Source: Octopus sinensis (lineage: Eukaryota). From it: a stretch of 64,000 nucleotides of DNA. The stretch is from contig NC_043001.1 in the NCBI RefSeq assembly GCF_006345805.1, forward strand, positions 116,870,001 through 116,934,000, written 5' to 3'. Position numbers and translations under genes: made by a program. The notes under the pieces are model-generated. The model worked only from the letters and a program-made list of their open reading frames with translations, had not been told where the DNA came from and ran no database searches. This document shows positions 13,192 through 26,941 of this stretch, in pieces (within the stretch, counting starts at the first letter, position 1; each line of letters begins with the position of its first letter).

Positions 13192-13599
13192 ATAAGAAAA
13201 AATGTATATGTATATTTTACTTTTATATATATTATTTATATTTAAGTCTTTATATTTTTCAATTACATATCTTTTTCTTATACTTTTTTTATATTTATAT
13301 TATTTGTATTTAATTCTTAATTAATTCTTATACACACATCGTACCTTTTTTTATATGTGTATATATATGTATATTTTTACGTTTATATGCATATTATTAT
13401 ATTAACATCTTATTTTAATTAAATTTTTAAATTGCATATCTTTTACTTTTTTATATTTATATTATTTATATTTTATTCTTATTTACATTTGCAAATCACA
13501 TATCGTACTTTATTTTTATGTATGAATGAACTCCTCCGCTTCGCTCACCAAAGGGATATTTGATTACTTTATAGAGTATTTGAGTGTTGGTTTGGTGTC

Positions 13600-14427
13600 T
13601 GGAATGGGATACCTTATCTTATGGGCAGGTAGAAGTTCTTTAACCTTGGTTGGTAAACTACCTAGGAGAAGAAAATCTCCAAAATATACCCGAGGCCTTG
13701 GAGGTCCCTGGCTTTGTCAATCTCCATGTCATACGGGCGAAAGTCTTCTTGGGCCAATAGGTGGGGTTAGTGCACTGCAAGCTACACCAACTGAAAATTA
13801 TTCATCTGCACAGGTATTTCCTGTACTCCAAATCTTAGTAAAATCATTCAATTGGTTGGCAGAAACCTAAACGTGCACTTGTAACTTACTCTAAAATGTC
13901 TCAAACAGATTCAGTAAATAGCAAAAAAAGGTTGGGAAATGTCAGGGGAACAGGTCTGGCTCGGCAGGTGTCCTAGTGTATTACAGGCTGGGCCCGGTCG
14001 TCATCCTGCCACTGTGGTCAAACAATCTTCAAGAAAAAGTAAAAATAAACATCCTTTGAATTGCGGTTGTTGGAATGTGCGCACACTTCTTGACGATAAT
14101 TTCAACAAGAGGCCAGAAAGGTGTTCTGCACTTATTGCATGTGAGCTTAAGAAATATTTCCCTGATATAGTTGCGCTCTCTGAAACTCGTCTTTCTGGTG
14201 AGGGTCAAGTAAATGAACCTACTTATGGATATACTGTCTTTCAGAGATGCCTACATAAGGGTCATCGTAGAGAATCTGGTGTTGGGTTTGCTCTCAAGAA
14301 TACATTATTATCCTCCATTGTAGAGCTTCCATGTGGTATATCTGAACGGACCATGTCATGCCGTATTAAACTGACAAAAGGTAGGTTTCTTACCGTTGTC
14401 AGTATTTATGCACCGACAATGTCCCAT
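13600..14427 (+). mobile_element. RTE-clade LINE 5' region with AP-endonuclease domain
   Basis: ORF 13939-: WNVRTLLD...RPERCSALIACEL...DIVALSETRL...ESGVGFA...SERTMSCRI...VVSIYAPTM; cut by a SINE at about 14428. Confidence 0.85.
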
Positions 14428-14686
14428 TGCGGTTTCGGTTCCCAGACCAGGCGTTGTGAGTATTTATTGAGCGAAAACACCTAAAAGCTCCACGAGGCTC
14501 CGGCAGGGATGGTGGCGATCCCTGCTGTACTCTTTCGCCACAACTTTCTCTCACTCTTTCTTCTGTTGGCCTGCTCGCTTAGCCTGGGGGGTGGCGTCAT
14601 TTGAAGGCTAATACAATGCGAAGCGCATTGTGACCAGCGATGTGAAGCAACGTCTGATAGCCTGGTCGGTCACGTGATCACGTGAT
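14428..14686 (+). mobile_element. SINE family B, tail type 1, 5'-truncated
   Basis: Matches 12918-13191; ends CACGTGATCACGTGAT. Confidence 0.85.
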
Positions 14687-14778
14687 ATATATATATATAT
14701 ACATACATACACATATACATTTATGTTTATACTTATACATACATATATGTGTGTGCGTGTGCGTGTGTGTGTGTCTGT

Positions 14779-14831
<53 letters not shown>

Positions 14832-16152
14832 CATGCACACACACATATTTATATACATATATGCACTCATATACATTTACACATACATGCATACATATAT
14901 ATGCACACATGTGTATAGATATATACATGTATCTATGTATGAACGTGTGTGCATATGTTTGGCGCATGCGAGGATCTTAACGTGAACGACGCGTGTTTAA
15001 AATGTGTAGAGTCACGTATGAGTATAAATACACAGATCTATCCCCTCTCTCTCTATCTCTCTCTTTCTGTCAGAAGAGATAAAAGAGAGATGACGAGGGA
15101 AGAGTTAAAAAACCCGTAGAGAATAGTACATAAGTTGATCACGTACACATGGCAACACACATTGACGCAGAAGGTCACCATCGTTAACTGAAACGCATCT
15201 AACTGCAAGCGTATCAGTTGCAGCATTACCTACGCTGAGATATGTCGTCTTTGATTCTGACAGGGAGGAGACGCCATAATCAAGTTACAATCGTGAAATT
15301 GCTTAGAACTTTCAGTTAGATCGGCTGTTACCCTCAAACTGTATTTGCAACACACCATTAATAGGTAGATAGTATTTCAATGTTGTTTCCTATGTACGAC
15401 ACTTTACCTACTAGATGATTGAGATAATAGCAGAAAATTGGAAGAAAATCCCAGAAAGACAGAGAGGTATTCACCAAATTTGAGTAACGTATCGATGTAC
15501 TTCAATTGAGTAACTTCGATCTTTATATACACCGATGGTATAACGGGATAAATTGTTTCAGAGATGTTACAGCATAATCTCAAGATTCTTTGATGATGCG
15601 GGTCTGGAATTTGAACCGATGTCCTCGTTCGAGTACGTGGTTTGGATAACCCGTAGTTTTCTCCCTTTGCAGCTACAGTGGACCTTTTTCAATTATGCTG
15701 AGATATAGCAACGGCTGAACGCCTGCTAACTTGCATTGACTGGGATCACGCGAATCCTCTATTTACCCAAACATATCGAGTAGTTTCACAAGATACAATT
15801 TTCTTCATGTTGTACCGCATGGTCACTTCATTACCTTAGGATATGGAACAATCAATGAAACACGAATCACTTGGATTTTGAATGTAAATTTGGACGTGTG
15901 AAAGATACAATACGAAGCAACAAATCACTGCTTGACCTGTCCAACATGCTACTCAGTATAAAATCGTCTATTACTCAAAAAAAGATAACCGCTTCACAAA
16001 TGATACGAAGTTCGACTACAATGTGAAGATGAAGAGGTTGGCCCAAATCTAGTAATAACCATCCTCTCTCGAGAGGAAAGCCTCTATACACTCACTCGAT
16101 TTTCTAGAGATAGCCCAATCCTCTTCCTACGTTGGATAATGGAGTCCAAAAT

Positions 16153-16690
16153 ATAGCAACACGAGCAAAACGCCCCCCGTCCAATGGACGGGGCTGAGTT
16201 GTCAAACATTTAAATCAAATTTTCTCAAAGCAACTTGTCCGACCGTCTCCTTTGAGAAACACTGATTTAACCTAAATTTGAAACACCAGCAAAAGATGAA
16301 ATAAAAATAGACTTTTTTCTATTTCAAAGAAAAACGATTTTATTCACCCAAAATATGCAACCGAAGAATTTAAAGTACCAGTAATGATAAGGTTGTTGAC
16401 TGGGAGAACACAAACATGGTTTAAACAGTAAGCTTTTAAGCAGTATAAAAACAACAAAAAATGGAAGGTGCAGTTATGTACAGGTTGACGGAAGAAAAGC
16501 AGGACAAAAAAGGCTTTATCGATCGCATTCTCACCTGGAATCGATTTTTGTAATTTTTTTCAAGACTTATACACGCCCTGATACCGACGGTATCTACATA
16601 TCAAATTTGAGCGCAATCGGATGGAGGATGCCCGAGATACTAGAAGACTCACACACACACAGACAGCCAGAACGGATTTTATATAATAGA
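16153..16690 (-). mobile_element. Non-autonomous Helitron-like element
   Basis: Minus strand begins A|TCTATTATATAAAA; GC hairpin CCCCGTCC-AAT-GGACGGGG (16175-16193) about 20 nt from a degenerate CTAT end; ACAG-type simple repeat near the 5' end. Confidence 0.55.
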
Positions 16691-16724
16691 TTATCAATTT
16701 GGAAACTACGAAATCAATTCCATT

Positions 16725-18610
16725 TAGTTAGTTAGTTAGTTAGTTAGTTAATTTGGCTCAAAAGCAAATAGCAAGGCCATGTAGGGGGACATGGAGTTAA
16801 GTACAGGGTGGTGTTCATGTAAAGAGTCAGGCCACTTGAGGTCCAGGGAGGCTTTGAACAAAGCGGTCGTCGGCATCTTCACCATCTCGTCTGGCAGCTT
16901 GTTCCACGGATCCGCAACCCGGACGGAGAAAGCTCCTCTCCTTCGATTGAGATGAAATCGTCGCAGGTAGAGCTTTTCGGAATGACCCCGCAGCCGACGC
17001 TCTGGAGCAGGAGTGAAGAACAGCTCTTTCGAGAGGTTACACTTTCCGTTTATGATGTTGTGGGCGAGAATGAGATCACCACGGCGGCGGCGTTTTTCAA
17101 GAGAATAAAGGTCGAGCGTCCTCAGCCTTTCTTCGTAGGACAAATTTTTGAGACCATGAACCATGCGGGTAGCCAGCTTCTGGACTCTTTCGAGATGCTG
17201 TATGTCTTTGAGGAGATAAGGAGAAGAGGCTTGAATCCCATACTCCAATATGGGTCTCACCAGCGTGACATAGAGTGGTAGGAATATGGCTGCTGTGAGC
17301 ATTCCGAATGACCGTCGAATCAAGAACAGAATTCCGCGTGCTTTGTTGGCAGCATGGACGCACTGGGCCGAAGGCGAAAAGGAGGAATCCACCAAGATAC
17401 CCAGGTCCTTTACCTGATCAGTCCTCTCCAGCAGCAGACGACCCGGCTCGAAATCAAGTTGAGTTGCAGGAGTAGAGCCGACAGGCAGATGACAGCACTT
17501 TGACACGTTCAGACACAGGTCCCAATCGTTAGACCACTTCCAAATTTGGTGGAGGCATCGACGAAGATCCTCTATATTACCGCGAGGAGCGACCAGTTTG
17601 ATATCGTCGGCAAATAGAAGGGTGTGTTGCGTGAGGTCGTCGGGCAAGTCATTTATGAAGACTAAGAACAACAAGGGCCCAAGCACTGAACCTTGAGGCA
17701 CGCCACTGCTCGCACTGGAGACGTCGGACCGCGAACCATTAACTTGGACTTGGAAGGAGCGATCTGAGAGGAAGGCACCAACCCATCGTATAATATCCGA
17801 ATGGAAACTATATGCTTGAAGCTTGACAAGTAATAGGCGGTGGTTTACCGAGTCAAAAGCTTTGGCAAAGTCCAATAAAACGATGTCAACAGCATCACTA
17901 TCATCGAGGATGCGCGTCACCAATTCTTCCATTACTAGTAAGTTGGTCAAGCATGATCTCTTCGGCACGAAGCCGTGTTGGGAATCAGAGATAGAGGCTG
18001 TGTTTAGGAGGTGGAGCATCATACTTTTCTTAAGGATGGTTTCGAACATCTTGCTGATTATTGATGTAAGGGAAACCGGTCGGTAGTTAAGCGGGTCTTC
18101 GCGGCTCCCTTTCTTGAAAATTGGGCAGATTATCACTGTTCTCCAGTCTGCAGGTATAACACCCGTCGCCAATGACATATTGAATAGTCGTGTTAAGGGC
18201 TCGCAGATGACCGGAGCCAACGCTTTGATAACCCGTGGGTGTATGCCGTCAGGGCCGTGACCCTTGTTGACATCGAGGCCTTGAATAACACGTTCGACTT
18301 CGTCCCGCGTGATGACCAATCGAAGCATTGGATGTACCGATCTATCAAATGGAGGGGGTTCACGACCATCATCTTGTTTGAAAATAGTTGAAAAAGCCTC
18401 GGCAAATAATTGACTCTGTTGATAAGGGTCCTCAATCGATACGCCTGTTGAGTCTACCAACGTTGCAATCTGGTTGTTCAAGCGGGAATTCCGCTGGACA
18501 TGGGCAAAGAAGGTTTTTGGATTGCTACTGGCATTTGCCGCGATTTTGTATTCATAACTGAAGCGTTCTTCCTTTTCAATTTTCACGGCTCGGTCTCGTT
18601 GAGTTTTGTA
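16725..18610 (-). mobile_element. CR1-group LINE, 5'-truncated, with intact RT reading frame
   Basis: 612-aa ORF (frame open to 18610): NYRPVSLTS, DFAKAFDSVNH, GVPQGSVLGPLLF, FADD, RLRGH...WNKLP; (TAAC)n tail at about 16725-16750. Confidence 0.95.
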
Positions 18611-19422
18611 TTACTTTCAGTGCAACCCTCTTGACTTGAAGTTAAAAATTAATTACTTAAATCCGGTGATAATTATTTTAGATCATTTACAGCATCAATC
18701 GCATGATCCATTAGTCTCGACAAAAACTCGAAAATAAGAATCTACTTCATTCAGAAAATGAACTTAGGAACATTATAGTTCCAAACTAGACATAAAAGAT
18801 TACTGAAGAACAAATATCAATTTAAAATTTTAAACATGAACACGCGCGGTGCGTTGCGTCCCTGTGCGAAGCACTTTATTCCATGATATTTCATTCTATG
18901 CAGATATTATGAGTAACAACCCCTCTAGCGGTTACATGCTAAATGTACCGCTAAGTCAACAATGAAATGTTACGTAGAAACCTAAAACAATTAGTCAAAG
19001 TGTGGTATATACTACCGAAGCATATCACTCGCAAGTGACGGCTGTACTGTACTTTATTGAGTTCCCATGGTGTAGCTATACCCGTGCTTCTTCTTTGTGA
19101 GTGCCATCTATATATCTCGGCCACATGGGTGGCATATGTGTATGTACATCTATGGAAGGTCTCCGTCGGTCCATGTATCTTTAGACTTGAGCAAAACGTA
19201 CATACATGTATAGACCTGGGGAAAACTAGCAATCGCCTGTGCTGCCAGAAAGCAAACAAACTGACCCTAAAACAGTTTTGCCAGTCCACTATCTAGACTG
19301 GTTCTTTTTTATCGACCCCAAAAGGATGAAAGCAACGTTGCCCTCGATAGAATTTGTACTTAGTGTGAAGCGAATCCGAATTAATATCGCAAGGTATTCT
19401 ATGTGTCAACCAATTCGCATCT

Positions 19423-19462
<40 letters not shown>

Positions 19463-19466
19463 ATAT

Positions 19467-19955
<489 letters not shown>

Positions 19956-20272
19956 GTATAAAATAAATACTCCGCAGTAATTTCTTTTCTGCGTAATTGC
20001 AGCAGATACCACAATCGCCATTTTTTTTTTCTAAGTGAGCTTATCTTTCAGATGCATCATTGTTTTATGCTCTCCTTCTGCTCGAAATGCGTTACATGCG
20101 TTCTTTCTGCTATTTTTTCTTGTTTTATTTTACTTTCTTTTTCTCTTCTTTTTTTCTTTTTACTTCCTACTTTCTCACCCCATACGAATTTTTCTCTTTC
20201 TTTTACTTGCTTTCTTCATACGAGCTCTTAACTACTGAATGTCCTTTATGCACAGATACATATATACATACG

Positions 20273-20303
<31 letters not shown>

Positions 20304-20473
20304 ATATTGTGTAAAGGAACAAACGCGCGTGCTCTGCGCCAAATGCAGAAACGGCGATAATGGGAAATTCTGTAAAAAATAACTATTAAGAGCTTAAAGC
20401 TTATAAGCGTTCAGCGAATACAAGGTGAACGCTTATAAGATAATCTTATAATATATATTACAATTTACAGTAT

Positions 20474-20591
<118 letters not shown>

Positions 20592-20754
20592 GTTATCGCC
20601 ATATTAATATGGCAATCTTATAGATATAAGACTAAAAGCTGTCGCTGATTAGCTCCATGAGGCCATCGCCTTAAGATAGCTATATGACACACAAACTGTG
20701 TCCATTAGAACCTTCGAACAAGGGAGGTCAGCCGCTTCACACTGCTAGTCAGAC

Positions 20755-20796
20755 AGCTACAGACGCGTTTCAGGGTATTTGCACCTTGTCAATATA
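20755..20796 (-). ncRNA. Decayed minimal hammerhead ribozyme-like motif
   Basis: TATA-TTGAC.A-AGG tgcaaata c CCT-GAAAC-GC-GTC|TGTA; C3 changed and G8 missing. Confidence 0.4.
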
Positions 20797-21260
20797 TACA
20801 TGTATGCGTCATATATGTGTGTATGTATGCAGGTATGTGTACTTGTATGCCAATGCATTTTCATTTTTTAAAAATGTTCGTGGTTTCGAAGTTTCACCAA
20901 GGAAGGTTTTTCAAACTGGTGGTGATAGTTGCCATTCATAGACATTTTAGCACTATTGAAGTTGGAAAAGTAGTTCGATACGTGAAGTGAAATCATCGAT
21001 AAAAATATGAATGATCAACCGATGGAAACGGACAAAAATGATTATGTTGAATATAAAGTTAAAAGGAACAGAATTTATGTGATATAATCAAATATGGAAC
21101 GGCAGTTGGGTGAAACCTGTGTGTGTCTATGGGGTAGGTTTAATATACATATGATTTTAGAATTATTCCAACGGTTTCTTTCAACGGTTTATGAAGTAAA
21201 CCCCTAAATATAAAAATTAAGGTGTTTGGTTGATAACGGTTATCTTTAATGAAAACTTAA

Positions 21261-21467
21261 TTTTTACTTTTACTTGTCTCAGTCATTGAATTGCGACCAC
21301 GCCGGGACATAGTCTTAAAAGGTTTCATTCATACGGACAGATCCTGGTATTTTTTAAAACCTGGTACTTATTCTATTGTTCTGCTTTGCCAAACCGTTAA
21401 GTTATGGGGACATAAAGAAACTAACACCGATTGCCATGCGGTAGTGGGGGAACAAACATAAACACAC

Positions 21468-21553
<86 letters not shown>

Positions 21554-21628
21554 ACTGGCTTCGTTTCAGTTTCCGTTACCAAACCCACCCGCAAAACTTT
21601 GGTTGGCCTGGGACTATAATAGAAGATC
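21261..21628 (-). mobile_element. SINE family C, diverged, internal (CA)n
   Basis: Homologous to 47927-48360. Confidence 0.7.
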
Positions 21629-22691
21629 TTAATAATGGAAGGCAAGGTTTATGATATCGGAGGAATATCGTCTCCTTCCATCATTCTTCTTGTTCTTTAT
21701 GGAGTTCAGGCTTTCGGCAGGCGAAGAGAAAAGACTTGAAATGGAAATGCTATTTACAACTGGTTTATTTACCGGAAAGGTGAAGTGTGCTGCTCTCAGC
21801 TACCATCTTAAGCTCCGATAGTGTGGGCGCATTGCCTCTGGAGATAGATAGGCAGAAAATTCTGCCGGTGTTGGTGTTCAGCCTGTGCTGCTGTGTAATG
21901 GAGCCGAAGAAGAGACAGGTCTGGATCGGTTTTCCGTCTACAAGATATTTGCCCCAGATGTCACGCAGTATGACTGAAACCGAAACCATGTTGTCAGGAA
22001 AGCGAACTTCCCACCACACTACCAGGCCTGTGCCTATATATGGTATTAAAAAAGGGGAAGATTGGGCTGTTTTAATCTTAAACGATTTTAATTTTAGTTA
22101 TAAAGCCATAAACATTCAAGATATTATTAAGGTAAAAAAAAAAGAACCAAATATTTTTTGAAGTATATCTGTAAGATTTGTATTTTAATTAATATTTCCG
22201 TTTAAATTAACTGTATAACTTATATATGTAATATAAATTTATTATTGAGTATAAGTAACCTATTATTAATGGAATGAAACAGCAAATGTACATGTTGAAA
22301 AAAAAAAATCTATTTTTGAACAAATTAACGTTTGAGTCAGTACTGACCGCGGCAGAGTAAACTAAATTTATTGGTCTTATAATTTCCTCCAAGTAGACTA
22401 TTGTCGGTGCTGATACAATTAAATGCATTTTCATAAGGAGGCTGAGTTTTTAATTTCAGTAGATTAGAGTTGGCCAATATCTGCGCAAAACTATTACTGG
22501 TTGAATTGACATTTTAATAATTGTATCTATTGAGGAAATTCTGGCAATTGTGATTTAGAGGGAAACATCAGTAAGGAGGATTAAAAGAAAATTACTATTG
22601 TAAATGCATTTCAGTTTTATATTTAAGAGATGAGGAATCATGTACATTATTTACATTTGACAGTTATTTGTCCTCATCTTGTTTGTTGTTA

Positions 22692-22735
22692 ACACAACGT
22701 TTCGGCTGATATTCCCTCCAGCCTTCATCAGGTGT
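22692..22735 (-). ncRNA. Minimal type I hammerhead ribozyme
   Basis: ACAC-CUGAUGA-A-GGCUG gagggaauau CAGCC-GAAAC-GUU|GUGU; intact core, palindromic AACGUU stem III. Confidence 0.8.
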
Positions 22736-22773
22736 CTTGAGGAAATTTCGAATCTGGGTTCTCAATCCTAAGG

Positions 22774-22775
<2 letters not shown>

Positions 22776-22849
<74 letters not shown>
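22776..22849. repeat. (TAT)n/(AAT)n
   Basis: Direct reading. Confidence 0.95.
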
Positions 22850-22852
<3 letters not shown>

Positions 22853-22894
22853 CTCACTGCCTGGAATCGAACTCGGAATCTTGGGATTAGTAGT

Positions 22895-25618
22895 CCTCAC
22901 CCATCAACCCAATCGTTATTGTCCTTTCACTTCTTTGTCCTCGGGGATGAATATCATGTGGCCATTCAGGAGTGATTGTGTTGATGACATTGATGTTGAG
23001 ATTCAACATATCTGCAACTCCTTGGACTGCCAGGTTGTCTGCCCATGCACCATTTCTCAGCTCATCAATATACATGTGATAGACCCTCCTCTGATGCTGA
23101 CTTAGGGTTTCATGTACAGATGCCTGGTGTAGGCTGTTGTTAAGTTGTAAAAAGCCAAAGTAGTAATGCTTGTCAGATTTTGTCTCATGATAGTCAATGA
23201 GCTTTTGTGGTATGTCGGGCCCATCGATATTCTGCTTTCCAACTGAAGTGAGAGATGCTGAAACAGCATGAAAGAAGCAGTTACCATCTGCAAGGATCTG
23301 CTTTATCTTCAAGTTGCGCCTCTTTGCCAGATGTTCCAGCATGCGGTAACTGTTTCCAGTTGGCATGGGTGACAGAGGAGCAGGGGATTCTAGTTGATCA
23401 ACTTCTATCTCTTCAGGACAGGCTTTGGTTATTGCTTCCCACAGCTCTGGATCATCATCTTCCCACCGATTTTCCCAGTCCGTGCAGATGACGATGTCCT
23501 TATACAAAGGGTTGTTCTGCTTCAACCAGTTGAGTGCCTCCATCACCTTTTTAGGCCGAATGTATTCGTGCATATAATGCCCTTCGTAGCAGAGCTTTGT
23601 CTTCAGTTTCAGAGCTACCACTTCTGTTGTGTCAGGAAGCCTCGGCAACAATGAAACCACAGGTTGTAGCTTTGATGGCACATTTACTGCACTACCATGG
23701 ATGGCTTTTTGTCCTCCTTTTGGCAGACCCACAAACTTCATAAATGGGATCCCCTGACTGATCAGTCTCACCTCTAGAGGCCTCAGGTCAGATAGTGCCG
23801 GTGGTATTACATCCAGGCCCAAGCCATTGATCCATGATCGAATTGGGACTTTTCCATGCTTCATCGACAAATGGCAGGTGTTGCAAACTCATGATTTGTC
23901 ATATGTTATCATTCCACTGCTTGCTTTAAGAATGTCGTCAATTGTTCTGTTTTGTGGGATATTTCTCAACCTTTATCTCCAGATGCAGTAATCTCCAGAT
24001 GCGGTAATGCAATCTCAGCCTTCATCTCCAGATGCGGTAATGCAGTCGGTGACAAGAGCAGCAAGCATTGATTGGTCCTTCTTCTATCTTAGCTACGAAG
24101 ACTGCAGTATTTTCTTCCACAGCCAATTCATTCTTCTTTGCTCTACGACCTTGCATCCTGTTTTTCTCTATGATTCGTCGAACCTTAGCTGGCTGCGGTG
24201 TTTCTTGCTGCCTATGCCTATGCATTCCTGACCTGACAGACGTACGGCGAGTGTCGGCAGCCTCCGGCATTTCTTTCTCCCCAAGTCTTCGCTTTTTGCG
24301 CTGTCTCACGCCCGGCGAGTCACGGCAGCCTTCAGCGTGTCTTTCTCCGCTTATTTGCGCTGTCAGACGCACGGCGAGTCTCGGCAGCCTCCGGCGTTTC
24401 GCTCTCCCTAAGTCTTCGCCTTTTTGCACTGTCAGTCGCACGGCGACTGTCGGCAGCCGCTGGTGCCTCTTCCTGCCTTTTCTTTTTCATGCGCTCTGCA
24501 TTTTGTTTCTTTCGTTGTTCCACACTTTTAGATCTAGAAGGAGGCGTGACTGCTGTGGTTGAATGTTTTTCCAAAGTAGGCCGACTATCTGATAAGTCAC
24601 TCCTGTAAGATCAATTGGTGTCTTACTGAAGCTCTTTTACAAGTTATATTTTTCAAGCACAAGATTCAAGTATGTGAAATTATGAATAAAGTGCAAGGTT
24701 TCTACTACCATAACGAATGGTTCTGCGTGTTACCGAGAAATTTATAGAGTGCGAAACAAAGCCTCTTTTAAGCAAATAACTCTAGACATCTTTTTTTTAA
24801 AAAGAAATCTACTCCTCCATCTACAAGTGCTGGGGTATCAGTGATCGTGCCAGCGTGTGATGGTGTGTGTGAGTCTAGTGCAAGTGAAAGTGCTTCAGAA
24901 CATGGTTAATTTCAGGCCTTGTATCTATAGTAGAAAAGATTATTCTTAGACACAACTGGAGCTGTGTGTGTAGTTCACTATCAGTTGTTTTCAACTATTA
25001 GTCAGGTCAGTAGGAATAGTTTTCAATATAAGCTACTTTTAAAAGAGGTATCTGTCTACTTACCAAACTAAACCTACCTACCTAGTTTACATCCCTCTGT
25101 AGTCAGTATAGTATCAATCATCCCTCAAGAGTCCAGCATCCTCCTCTGCTGCTGCTTTTAGTAACCCTTGAATATGTTAGTGTCATTTAATCTCTCAACT
25201 GTTTCGCTGCCGTTTGTTTATGTAGTTTGATCTCTTTATCCATCAGTTCCTAGTAAGATAGATACACGAGTAAAATTACTAATAGAGAAACGAAAATAAA
25301 GCTTTGGAAGCAGCAACGCCACCATAGGTTACGTGGAAATCATGAGCGTGTTTTCAAGGGAGATAATCAGAGAAATACTTCAAAGAACGTAATATTGTAA
25401 TATTTCATGTAAAGTAAATATAACAAAGGAAAAATCCTTCAAGAATCCATAAAAATTCCCGAATCACTACCAAACTTTTATCATCTGTTCCTGCAAGTTT
25501 CATCAAATACCGTTCACAACTTTTTGAGTTATTTTGCACACAGTGGGACAGACAGAGGGACAGACAGACAAACCAACGCCGATGAAAACATAACCTCCTT
25601 TCTTGGCGGAGGTAACAA
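22895..25618 (-). mobile_element. Helentron/Helitron 5' part: basic repeats, Cys/His motif, DUF6570-like and OTU-like domains, plus putative 5' terminus
   Basis: FVAKIEEGPINACCSCHRLHYR; IPPALSDLRPLEVRLISQGIPFMK...GQKAIHGSAVNVP...RPKKVMEALNWLKQNNPLY; ADGNCFFHAVS...GAWADNLAVQGVADML; frameshifted. Terminus TTGTTACCTCCGCCAAG hairpin plus GTCT repeats at 25618 (linkage to the ORF is inferred). Confidence 0.7.
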
Positions 25619-26660
25619 GAGCACTCAGAGAGCGCAAACCTCCGCCAAGGCAACGCCAACGTCCTCTCAACGATTAGCCGGAGATGATTTTTAAAATGAG
25701 AATATCTGAAATAAACTCTACTGCTCTCACAACCGAGAATACTAAAAACGAACCTGACTTCTCTCAAAAGTTAAGTAAAAAAAAAAAACGGAAAAATAAT
25801 CCAGAATCCTTGTCCGGTACCTGATCAATCCCAATGGTAATTATGGAATGTGAAGGTGGGTGTGTGGGGCCATGTTTGTAATGCTGTATGTGTCGACTGC
25901 AGTGGAAACAGGGACAGTTTTCTCTATGAAGGTTTTTTTAGTCTATCCACTGATATATTGTCTTTATGATCATTAAGGTCTATAATGAAGCTTTATTCGT
26001 GCGTGAAAGAAAACGGAAAGGACCTGCATACGGTACTGTTAACGGAGGTTTAACAACATTGTTGCGCACAAAAACGTGAGTCCAAGAAGTAAAGCTTCCT
26101 TCAAGGCAGAGCTAGAAATGCAATTGTCAAGTAGGTAAGAGGTTTTAAACAGGAGCAATATATTCAAAATTGGTAAAAATTGTCGAGGATAAATTAAATT
26201 TATTATTGTTACTGAATATGTTAGTGTTATTTAATTTTTGAACGGTTTTGCTGCCGTTCGTTTATGTAGTTTGATTTCTTTATCCATCAGTTTCTACAAA
26301 GATAAAGACATGAGTAAAATCAATAATAGAGAAACGAAAATATAACTTTGGAAACAGCAACGCCACCATAGTTTACGTGGAAACCATGAGCGTTCTTTCA
26401 AGGGAAATAATTAGAGAAAGACTTGAAAGTCGGTGTGATCGTAATACTTGATGTAAAAAAAGGAAATATAACAAATAATCCAGAATCCTTGTCCGATACT
26501 GGATCGATCCGAAAATCTAATCAGTTCGTGCCAGTCATGAGGCCAAACATCCATGAAAGTTTCATCCGAATCCATCCGGCCGTTCTTGAGATATCTTGTC
26601 AACGGACAAACAAACGCAACTAAAAACAATACCTCCGCCTTCGCTAAGGCGGATGTAATA
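25614..26660 (-). mobile_element. Non-autonomous Helentron-like (HINE/DINE-type) element
   Basis: Terminal hairpin ACCTCCGCC...GGCGGATGT (26631-26656) and sub-terminal repeat ACCTCCGCCAAG (25638-25649); shares about 230 bp (26240-26470) with 25195-25420. Confidence 0.65.
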
Positions 26661-26737
26661 AAGATGTTCGAAGTCACATGTTTCATAAGTCTGTACAGCT
26701 TTGGCAAACAGAATTTTAATATATTGATTTCAACTTT

Positions 26738-26941
26738 TGGCACAAGGCCAGCAGTTTGAGGGAAGAGGCTAAGGGGAGGAGGGCAAATCGATTACATCGA
26801 CCCCAGTATTTATTTTTTCGATCCCGAAAGGATGAAAGGCGAAGTCAATCTCGGCGTAATTTAAACTCAGAACAGAAAGACGGACGAAATGTCGCTAGGC
26901 ATTTCGTCCGGTGTGCTAACGATTTCGCCATCTCGATGCCT
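26738..26941 (-). mobile_element. SINE family A, alternative tail, diverged
   Basis: Homology to 56235-56445. Confidence 0.75.

Noticed and set aside
16952-18435. Short ORFs overlapping the CR1 RT
   Set aside because: Shadow frames of a GC-richer coding sequence; no motifs.
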